From Sphaerodactylus townsendi (lineage: Eukaryota): 64,000 bases of DNA. A model generated the notes under the pieces. That model was not told the DNA's origin and did no database searches. It saw only the letters and a program-made list of their open reading frames with translations. The stretch covers positions 64,852,001 to 64,916,000 of the forward strand of contig NC_059432.1 in assembly GCF_021028975.2 (NCBI RefSeq). The letters are read 5' to 3'. Below are positions 54,417 to 64,000 of this stretch, piece after piece (the stretch's first letter is position 1; each line of letters begins with the position of its first letter). The translations under genes and the position numbers were made by a program.

Positions 54417-57400
54417 TCACCTGCCAGGGGTCCCGAGAAGAAACCTGAAGAGAAAGAATACATCACTGTGATTAGTCAGCAGTGGGGATGCGGGGCGGGG
54501 AGCACTCTACATCATGACTTCAAACCTCTCTGTTCCCACAGAATTCCTGCACATGCATCATAATGCTGCTCTCACCATTCTCCTCGTGCTGTCACCGCTT
54601 CTTTCCGTACTAGCCGCTTCTTGTCATCCAAAGGTTTAGCCAGTGCTCGGATCACGCGTGGCTTGTAGGGGATCACCTGGTCATGAATTGAAAGATGTAT
54701 GAATTAAGATCTTACAACATCTGTCGCCAACTCGGTGTCCGCCAAGTGAAGACAACAAGACAGAAGCAGATTCAGGTAGCACAAGCCCTACCCACAGAAG
54801 AATGCACCACCCAAGGAGAGGAACCATTGTGTTACCGCCTATAGGCAGCCCTGATCACTTACCACTGGGGTGGGTAAAGAAGCGAGTGCAAGGAGGCATT
54901 GAAGTGCAGCAATACGAATGGCCTGCAACACAAAAAATAGCTGTTGGTTACCCTTCCAAACTCCTGTAACCCCCACCCCCCCCACCCCTTAAGGTGGAAT
55001 GGGAAACTGTGTGGCTACACAATAGGGAGCAGTCACCCAGGACTCACCATGGCTGGGCTGTCTGTCAGGCCAAGAAATTTTCCCACAAGTGTGTCAACAT
55101 GCAGACTCACAACCAGGGGTGCATCGAGCAACAGTGGCTGCAGACAGTGCAATGTGGAGAGCTGGACCACACAATCAGGACATGACAAGGCTTCCAGCAA
55201 CAGTGGGAGCAACTGTGGCGATAAGAAAAGTAAAATGACATGGTCTCAAACATGTAGCTCATGAATGAACCGTAGCTACAGACTTGCTCATGCATCCCAC
55301 AAAAAAAGATAAAGATCAGATCTAGGTTTTTTTCCTTACACCTTTACTCCATTGCATTTTGCTCTGTGCTACATAGAGATAATTTCATTTCTAATGCTGT
55401 TTCTAGTCCATGCCCCATTTCTATGACAGAACCAAACTTGGTAACATGCTGGTGGGGATATTTTCCTGTACTCTCAGCTGTAGGTCTCAGTAAAGAAAAG
55501 ATGGGACACCCACACAGCTACAGAACTCATCACAGTCAAAGCCCACCTCCCCACTCCACATTAGCCCCACTTACTGTAGGCAGCTCTGTCACCAGCACTG
55601 GCTTGGGCAGGTGGTTGAGTATATGAGAAAGGCCTTTCAAGTAATTTGCTTTCACACCTAGGAAGGACAGACAGACAGATGAGACTTAACTCCTGCAAGT
55701 GCATGGGAGACCTTGCCAAGAGGGGTTTGAAATGGAGCCTGGGCACACTTGGAACTCGCCGGTGTGCTTTTTGATTCAGCTGAATATCACAGGTATTAAG
55801 ATCTTTTATGTGCCTTGGGGCACGAGATGAAAGGGCAAGGAAGATCTACCAGTAGAGGAAGAGAAGAGAAACCCTGCTTTGTTCTTTGATGCCTCTTTCC
55901 CCGTTCTCCTGTTTATCTATACTGAATTTCCCTATACTCTAAGTCAGGGTGTCCAACTCTAGCGCTTCAGATGCTCATAGACTACGATTCCCATCAGCCC
56001 CTGCATGGGAATTGTAGTCCATGAACATCTGAAGTGCCAGAGTTGGACACCCCTGCTCTAAGCAGCTTTTGGTCACCATGGGGAGAAAACTAGGATAGAA
56101 ATAAAGTCAAGAAAAAGCAGGTCTGGAATATCATGCTAGATGCTCATAAACTCTGCAGGGACAAGGTTAGTGTTCTGACCATGTCAGAACATTCTGAATG
56201 TTTAGCACCAACAGCATTCTCTCTGATTTGATAAGGAAAGACACTGGGGGAGGTCCTCACCTGGGGCAGCTGTGTGGAACCCTTGCACCAGTTGTGGCAC
56301 ACACTCTGTGAAAAAGCGCTGGCGGAACATGAGGCGCACATCGGCATGGCAACTCTTGCCCAGCACATCTGGAGAGTCAGCCATGAGCAGGGCAAACCCA
56401 TCGCCCACTGCTGGACCAAGGACTGGATCCCCCAAGAGCACGAGCAGCTGTAGGGAAGGAGGACAGGGCTCATCAGGTGAGCTGAGAGCATGGGAGCAGA
56501 CTGATTGGATTTCCATCCCCTCAGCTCACCTTGTCGGTCAGGTGGGTGGTCAGTGGGTGATAGCGCAACAACAGAGCTTTGCTCACCTGCAGAAAGAGAG
56601 AAGTTCGTTCAGTTCTGTCCGGTGGTGGGATTCAAATAATTTAACAACTGGTTGTTTACAAGCACCATTTTAACAACCGGTTCTGCTGAAGTGGTGTGAA
56701 CCGGCTGAATCCCACCCCTGGTTCTGTCCCAGCAGCAGAGAGAATGTTGCTGAATAGTGGAGACTTACCCACAGCAGCAGAGTGAGAGCCTGGCTTCTGC
56801 AGGGACCGTCATTCAGGCCTTGCTCCAACTTGGCCATGGCTGCTCCCAACAGCTCATCTAACTGAGGCCCTAAGAAGGGCAGAGGAAAAGGGATTGATGG
56901 GTGTCCCTGTGTGCTCCAGTACAAACCAGGAAGGCCAGCAGCACCGCTTTGGAGTTTCCCCTCCATCACTGCTGTGCCTTACCTCCCACCCATCATTAGG
57001 ACATATGCTGTCTCACCCAATGGTTACCTGCTGGGTGCTTGTTAACCAAGCCTGCAAAACATTTGGCGGCGGCTGTGGCAGCGAAAGGACAGTCAGAGGA
57101 GCAGCTTAAGGCAAGCAGTTCCCGTAGTAATCGGTCCTGCTGAGGAACTGGCACCTGCAGGGAAACCAGTGCTTAGGGGGAAGGTGAGATTAATGGCAGT
57201 CCTACAAGCCAGGTAGTGGATAATTACATTACCCGCTGGCTCCCAGCACTGCCGGTCTAGGTTTCAGGCACAATGCAGAAGACCTCCAGCTTCCCTCAAG
57301 ACACACAGCACCCCCTTCCTCAATGCCCAGCACTTACGTTTCTTGGTAAGGAGCACACGAATGCCATGAGCAGAGCAACAAGTTTTTTCTGGGTCTCAAC

Positions 57401-57716
57401 TTGGCACTGCCCACCCTGTGGAGGAAACACCATTATTTTCCCTGCTGAGACCGCCCTAAAGAAGCATCCTCAATCTCCCCTGCACAACAGAATTGGGGCC
57501 TCCAGTTATCCACCTCACCTGAAAGGGCTGGAAAGTGCCAGGAAAGCTGTTTCCAGGCAGGAAGGAGAGCTCTCCGTCTAGGAAGAGAGGTACCACTTTG
57601 GAGACACTCTGGGCAGCCAGCCTGGCATGGAGAAAAACAGGAGGGATATTGCCTCAAGAGCACAGTACAAGGACCCAGGAAACACAGAGAGAGAGGAGAA
57701 AGAGAGAGAGAGAGAG

Positions 57717-57776
<60 letters not shown>

Positions 57777-60700
57777 CTTGCACCCATCCTAAACCCTGGT
57801 AACACACATCAAGCTGGCCAGGGTAGTGCCTGATCCTGCCCTGAAAAGCAGAGAAACTGGGACAGGGAGTCAGTCACACACACTAAGAGGGATACAGGAA
57901 GAGCCCTTTACGGAAGCCAATACTCACTCTGGACTTAAGTACATACAAGCAGCACTGATGACCCGTGCCATGGCGGATAAGGCTTCCTCCTTCAGCAGCA
58001 CTTTGCTTAGCATGGTGTGGGTATTTTCTGAAAGCAGCCAAAAACAGATGAGTCAGGAGGGGGAGGCACTTGGAAACTCGTCATTTTCCTTAAGAGGTGA
58101 CCTGTTGACTGCATAAAAGCCTCGTGAGGCCAAATCAGTTCATGTGTCGATCATGGTCAGTTCTTACTCTGACTGGTGGCAGGGCCTCGAGTAGAGGTCT
58201 TCCACATCACCTGCTACCTGAGTCTTTCAGCTGGAGATTTCAGGGACTGGACCCAGATCCTCCTATAGGCCATGCAGATGTGCTACCGCTGGGCTGCAAC
58301 CCCTCCCCCTGAGCTCAAATGACAGCAGAGAGACTGGGCCATGGAAAGTGACCCCAAGTGTGTAAAGCCCTTCTCTGTAGGGCAGCAGTGAAGTAAAAGA
58401 GCCAACATGGGATGCTGGGAAGAATGGATTTAGGTAATGTTAGGTTCCTCATTTGCATTTTGGGCTCTGAACACGATGCCCTCACACACACACGATTTAG
58501 GCTGTAAGCATAGCCTGATTCAGAGAATGTAACAAAAGGCAAATCTGTTAATATACCAGGATGTCCTCACTCCCCCGCCCCCTCCAAATGCTGCTGCCTG
58601 GGGGACTGGGGTCTCCCATGAACAGAGTGAGAGTCTGCAACGATAAATTAACAACAGACTCACCCCCAGTTTCCCTTAGCGGGTCTCTGCTCATCCATTG
58701 GCCTTACCTTGCAATGCAGCCTGCACGGCTAAGCCCATCAAGCAAGGCACTACAGCCTGATGCAAGTCCCAATAATTCTGAGTATTTTGCTGGCACTGCA
58801 ATGCCATCTGCTTCAGACTCCGGCACACAGACACCACAGAGTGGATCCCTCCCTGCATGCTGCCTGCAAATTAAAAGAACGCATTAAAAGGCGATCCGGC
58901 TGGCCTCTACAAGGGCCAGGGCTTTTACGGCTCTGGCCCCTACCTGGTGGAACAGGCTTCCAGGTGAGATCAGGGCCCTGCGGGATTTACAAAGTTTCCG
59001 CAGGGCCTGTAAAACGGACCTGTTCCGCCAGGCGTTTGGCCAGCCGGGATATCAACCGTGATAAAAAGCAAACATCTGGCCTCCCGTGGGTTCATAAAAG
59101 GGGGAATAGAATAGCTGAAGCCATCTCTAGTTTAATATTTTATGTATTTTATGTATTTTAATTAACTTATATATATGATGTTTTAAATTTTTATTTTGTT
59201 GGAAACCGCCCTGAGCCTTCGGGGAGGGCGGTATACAAATACAATAAATAAATAAATAAATAAAATGTGAGCATGTGTGTGAAGGGCCATCAAGTCACAG
59301 TTGAATTATGGTGGCCCCACAGAGGGTTAAAAGTAAGAGATGAATAGAGGTGGGTTGCCATTGCCAGCCTCTATGTCACAAGCCAAAGACTTCCTTGGTG
59401 GTCTCCCATTCAAGTACTAACCACGGCCAACCCTGATTACCTTCCAAGATCTGACTAGCCTGGGCCACCCAGGCCAGGGCACATTAAAAATGCCCACCCT
59501 AAACGACACCCTATTCAGGATAAAGATGTCAGGAGATTTGTGAATTCATCCGCCATTTCCTGGATCGTCTTTATTCTAGAATGCTCTGCTTGGGTCTAGA
59601 CTCTAGTGCCTTGGGGACAGAACTAGGTAGGCAGCAGGGCCCACATGGAGCACTCTAGAACAACAATGGTCCAAGAGACGGCACATGAATTCATAGCTCT
59701 CCTGTCATCTTAATCTTGAACAAGGTATAACAAATGACGGTATGAAGAGGCACGCTAGGTAATGATCACCAGTTCCTTCAAATCTGAAGGTTCAAATCTG
59801 ATAGACAATCTCCATGGCCATTTAAGAACTTCAAAGACATTGCAGCACCAAAAGGAGGCAGGCTAGCACTGGGAAAGCCTTGCCATCTCACACTCTGCAG
59901 TAACGAATTTTGCCAATCTTTCTCAGGCTGTTTAGAAATTAGAAAGTTATGGGGCTGGAAGGGACCTACAGGTTAGGAGTCCAGGTCTCTGCCCTCAGAA
60001 AGGTACTAAACATGCAAATCTCTCTGACACAGTTCTAAGCCATTCCATCCCTATTACCCTTCGCTATTAGAAAACAAAGATCAGGGTTGCTCACAAATTG
60101 TCCCATACAATTCTTGTATTACCTTTCTCCACCTCCTGGAGATGCTGGAGAAGAACAGGAACCGTCTCCTTCGTTATACTTGGGTGGGTGGAGACTGCTG
60201 CCAAGGCCTGCAGGCAACGGTCCTGCTGGAATTCAGTGCTGTCCTCCTGCGATTCTGAAACAGGCAGCACATGGAACACAGCAGCCAAGCAAAGCATTTG
60301 TCTGAAAGAACAGACCAGCAAAGTGCTACCACAATCCCATCCACCGCATAGATGTGAGGAATGCCAGCCATAAGTCCCAAACAGAGTCTGTCCCTTAGAT
60401 TTATTTTTGTATGCTTCAAACCACAATCAGACAAATCGTACAGAGATGCAAGTGAATGTCCTCATGCAGTTAGCACCTGTAGTCACTACAATAGGCACCA
60501 ACCATTTATTCACACACACTTAGTGAGGTAATGCAGTGGAGGAACCCTGACTTCCTCTGCCAAACCCACTAACAAGCCCGCTATACCTGACTGCAGACCC
60601 TCCGAGAGCTTCCGAACCAAGCATCTGCTGACGGCCTCGGGATAGAAGGGAGTCAGGGTGCCTGCAGCCTCCATGGCAGCCAAGCTATATGGATGAAGAG

Positions 60701-63700
60701 GAAGACAAAAATGGAAGAGCTTGAAAGAAAGAGCTTGTGCCAAACGCTCATTGCCAGAAGGAAAGAAAGCAACTCTTTCAAACGAGATCAAAATATAAAA
60801 GCTAAAAAACACAATTTATTGGGCTTCCCTATCACAGGAAAGAAACTAAAGCATAGGTCTTACATGATATGTTTTACCATGGCAAAACATAATATATGGC
60901 AACCAAAGTGGTCTGAAATTAGAGTGGTGAAGAGAAAGGGCTAACTAAGCAACACACACAGAAGCCAAATGTGCTACCTCTTTCCAGTGTAACTAATTCA
61001 TTTTATCATTTTAACTTTAAAAATGACAGAACAGTACAGCATCAGCTGTTAGGAATGAATCAATTCCAAGACAATTCTGAAAAGCTCAAACACCTGCCAT
61101 CCCCCCCGCCCTTCCCGACCACAGCACTGGGCCCAACTTTGCCCCTGCATTTCACCTGGTCTGGGAATCTTCCTCATGGAGAATGAATCGAGCCAGGCTG
61201 TCCACAAGTCTATCCACATCTGGGAAATCCAGGAGCCCTGCAACAGGAAAAATTGCATCTACATTTCTTCCCTTGCACAGGGAAGGGAACACAGCACTGC
61301 TTTTTCTGACTTGCTGTATTGTAGACCACTTCCTATAATCTGTCTAGTGCTCCTAAAGTCCAGCTAGCATGAAATAAACTGGAAAAAAAAACCAACTGTC
61401 TGAAATCCAATCACCTAGCTATATACATGTGGCAGACCATGCCAGACTGCACACTACAGGGATCTGCACACATGAGAAATCCAGAAACACACCAGAAGAG
61501 AAATCTTCTAGCAAAACATAATGTTTCCTGGGGGCATCACTCAACCCATACAGAGAGAAGGAGGAGAAGAAGAGTTTGGATTTATATCCCCCCTGTCACT
61601 CCTGTAAGGAGACTCAAAGGGGCTTACAAGCTCCCTTCCCTTCCCCACTCACAACAAACACCCTGTGAGGTGGGAGGGGCTGAGAGAGCTCCAAAGAACT
61701 GTGACTAGCCCAAGGTCACCCAGCTGGCATGTGTTGGAGTGCACAAGCTAATCTAGTTCACCAGATAAGCCTCCACAGCTCAAGTGGCAGAGCAGGGAAT
61801 CAAACCCGGTTCTCCAGATTAGAGTCACATACCTTGCAGTAATCCTAAGAAGGTCAACGCTCGGATCCCAACCAACTGTAGTTGCACGTTGGGCTCAACA
61901 AGTGCTGAGAACACCATGGAGCACAGAGCATCTTTGGAGCAAAGCAGGGGACTCTTGTCTGGAAGAGAAGGAGAGAGAAGCAGCTAGTGTTATTTTGCTT
62001 CAGAGCCTTGGGAACTAATGTTATGGTATAAATTACAAATCAACAGTGCAGATGTTAACAGGAAGCCAGCTCGCACCTTCTTCCTCAGGACCCCACTTCT
62101 GCCGCAGCTCCAAGAAACCAAGGAGCACCTCCAAGATTGTCCTACGCTGACTACTCTACAAGAGATCAAAAAGACACAGGCTGAATTAGGGGGGTCAAGA
62201 ACATGGAAGAAGAGGCATGATTCAAGGCTACTGTCCTATGTCGGCCACAAGCCAAAGCAAACTCCAAGGGCAGATGTAGAATAACCCACAACCAAACTTT
62301 CCCTAACCTGCAACTGGGGCTGCCAGTTCCATCACCATGATCCTCCACTCCAGCACTTACTTGCAAATGCTTGTTATACTGCTCCACCAGTAATGGAAAC
62401 ACATTGCTTGTGATCTGGTAATAAGCCCGCAAGGAACCCCCTGCAGCTGCCTGCAGGAGCTTTGCACTCGGCCACACCAACTTCATGTCTGGCTCACACA
62501 GGTGGTGCCTGCAATCTGAAGCAGGCAAGACTGCATATGAGTGAGATAACAGAAGCCCCAAAATCCCCATTAAAATCCCACCAAAAAGCAACTTTTCTCC
62601 AACAGGATGTTGCTCATCTTCAGAATTTTAAGGCTGAGCAGAGAATTTATTCTCTGTTCCTACTTCCCCAAGTTAACAGTAGGAACAGTTTCCACCCCTT
62701 TCTCTAAAGCTGGACAGCAGATGCCTTCTTCTCCTAAAAGGGTGTAATTTCCTCCCAATAGAATTGTGTGAATGGAGTCTCTTCTTCAAGTGGCTGCCCA
62801 GTCAGTATTAAGTATTTATATGCTGCTTCTGTCCTACCACCGCTCCAATGTCACCCAGCATGTTTTCATGGTCCAATGTCACCCAGCATGCTTTCATGGC
62901 AAAGCAAGAATTCAAACCTGGTCTCCCACATCCTAGTCCAAACCCGTAACCACTATGTCACACCATCTCTTGTTGAAAGGTACACTGCTCCTGTGGAGTT
63001 ACCCTTCAAAATGCCTCCAAGGAAGGAATCCAGAAGGTCCTCATCATCTGAGCTGAGCACTGAGCGCGACAGGCATGTTGACAGAGAACGCAAAGTGGAG
63101 AGACCCTCTGTTTCAATCCTCTCACTTGCTGTCTGGAACACCTGGTCCGAATGGGAGGGAAGGGAAGGAAGGAAGGAGAATCAACTCTCCATGCAAGAGT
63201 TTGCCCTGTTTATAAACTAGACAAGAATGGGACTCCAGAATGCAATCAGCATTCCAGGAAGTCCTCAGGAAACAACCTGTATTCCGCAAACAGGTCAAAG
63301 TGGCCCTTTGAGTACATTTCTAGACAAAGAGGGGGAACAAAGGCTACATATGCATTGTCGAAGGCTTTCTCGGACGGATTCAACTGGTTATGGTGGATTT
63401 TCTGGGCTGTGTGGCCGTGGTCTGGTAGATCTTGTTCCTAACATTTCGCCTGCATCTGTGGCTGGCATCTTTCAAGGTGTATCACAGTGTAACAGACTTC
63501 TCTCTGTGGTATACCTCTGAAGATGCCAGCCACAGATGCAGGCGAAACGTTAGGAACAAGATCTACCAGACCATGGCCTTACAGTCCGGAAAATCCATTA
63601 CAACCAAAGGCTACATATATTTTCCCAGGAAACAAAGCCCACCTCACCTCCCATACAAATTCATTTCTCTCACCTCTCTGCGCAAGGATGACCAGAGGCT

Positions 63701-64000
63701 TGGGAGAAAATCCTTCAGCTCTTTCTGCCCATAGATTATGCAGGCAGCATTCTGTAAGAAAAAGTTAGACGGGAAGGGGGTCAACAGCCAGTGAAGAGCT
63801 ACAGTGGCTGGCACAGACTGCAGACTTTGAATTACCAAGAAGGCTAAGCAGACACTGAAACAAGGGAAGGCAAAACCTGGATGCTTGGCTAAGAAAAGTT
63901 GCAGAAGCAAGATAACCTAATCCCTGACCCCAGTAATAGAGCTTGTTATGTTTCAGTACTGCTCTTACCAGTGTCTGTAGGGAGTCCATCTTGGCACTTT
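54417..64000 (-). CDS. MMS19: MMS19 cytosolic Fe-S assembly component, last 22 coding exons (~754 aa); 5' part lies beyond the right edge
   Basis: Exons 63969->64000 (partial), 63674-63751, 63003-63141, 62361-62515, 62077-62155, 61833-61958, 61156-61237, 60587-60684, 60123-60254, 58708-58863, 57928-58027, 57519-57621, 57338-57415, 57028-57154, 56769-56869, 56530-56586, 56261-56447, 55575-55657, 55048-55212, 54863-54922, 54576-54676, 54417-54444. Diagnostic peptides: DCRHHLCEPDMKLVWPSAKLLQAAA, LMFRQRFF, LDDKKRLVRKEAVTARGEWFLLG. Confidence 0.97.
55945..56055. mobile_element. Related palindromic hAT MITE
   Basis: cagggtgtccaactct...agagttggacacccctg; TSD ctctaagt / ctctaagc. Confidence 0.8.
56620..56720. 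mobile_element. 101-bp hAT-like MITE
   Basis: Imperfect 15-bp TIR cggtggtgggattca / tgaatcccacccctg; 8-bp TSD gttctgtc. Confidence 0.8.
57685..57772. repeat. (GA)n microsatellite
   Basis: ~88-bp interrupted GA run in an MMS19 intron. Confidence 0.97.
58120..58310 (-). mobile_element. Degenerate tRNA-derived SINE; related copies near 45685-45870 (-) and 26560-26715 (+)
   Basis: Reverse tRNA-like head (atgcagatgtgctaccgctgggctgc) and shared body gtcttccacatcacctgctacctg. Confidence 0.55.
58890..59265 (+). mobile_element. L2-clade LINE 3' fragment, same family
   Basis: agggcttttacggctctggcccctacctggtggaac...; 3' stem-loop ccgccctgagccttcggggagggcgg and (TAAA)n tail. Confidence 0.85.
59273..59480 (-). 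mobile_element. 5S rRNA-derived SINE (SINE3 / 5S-Sauria-like)
   Basis: Reverse complement of 59391-59460 resembles the 5S internal control region (GATCTtGGAAGgTAAtCAGGGTtGGcCgTGGTTAGTACTTGaATGGGAGACC), followed by a Sauria/BovB-like tail ...gacttgatggc. Confidence 0.75.
61556..61826 (-). mobile_element. 5'-truncated Squam3-like SINE abutting an MMS19 splice donor
   Basis: Family body begins ~6 nt after the GTATGT donor at 61832. Confidence 0.85.
63352..63604. mobile_element. Penelope-like element inverted pLTR pair in an MMS19 intron
   Basis: Same family as 2622-2928 but a different subfamily. Left arm plus tail 63352-63487, inverted right arm 63488-63604. Flanking 14-bp duplication caaaggctacatat (63338-63351 and 63605-63618). 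Confidence 0.85.
63514..63554 (+). ncRNA. Minimal hammerhead ribozyme motif (PLE-associated), antisense to MMS19
   Basis: cct-CTGAAGA-t-gcc-agccacagatgca-ggc-GAAACGTT-agg; AACGTT palindrome and GUU cleavage triplet. Confidence 0.72.

Noticed and set aside
57433-57833. SLSLSL / ERERER ORFs
   Set aside because: These are translations of the (GA)n microsatellite.
59391-59480. Functional 5S rRNA gene
   Set aside because: Diverged and incomplete, and fused to a SINE body and tail.
62844-62899. Short tandem duplications (28 bp here; others near 20978-21020, 29591-29621 and 34115-34156)
   Set aside because: Ordinary slippage or repair duplications with no evidence of function.

Overview
Vertebrate genomic DNA from a squamate reptile; the SINE, CR1, L2 and Penelope repertoire suggests a gecko (inference). 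The window holds the conserved housekeeping cluster RRP12(-), PGAM1(+), EXOSC1(-), ZDHHC16(+), MMS19(-), in the same order as human 10q24. I reconstructed the exons by hand from GT/AG boundaries and frame continuity: RRP12 coding exons 1-26 (3' end lies off the left edge), complete PGAM1 (255 aa), EXOSC1 (194 aa) and ZDHHC16 (~375 aa), and the last 22 coding exons of MMS19. Almost all entries in the ORF track are spurious or are exon fragments. Introns and intergenic DNA contain Squam3-like, tRNA-derived and 5S-derived SINEs, CR1, L2 and RTE-like LINE fragments, several hAT and Tc1/mariner MITEs with target-site duplications (TSDs), and three Penelope-like element (PLE) termini carrying minimal hammerhead ribozyme motifs. 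The most striking observation is a fold-back PLE insertion in RRP12 intron 24 (2622-2928). It has an intact hammerhead motif on each strand, and its loop is a 70-bp copy of the 5' end of the same intron that ends at the exon 24 donor, suggesting reverse-transcriptase template switching onto host intron RNA. Also notable are U12 (minor spliceosome) introns in both head-to-head genes EXOSC1 and ZDHHC16; the ZDHHC16 one sits immediately after the DHHC motif, splitting the following Pro codon, and has competing frameshifting U2 acceptors.
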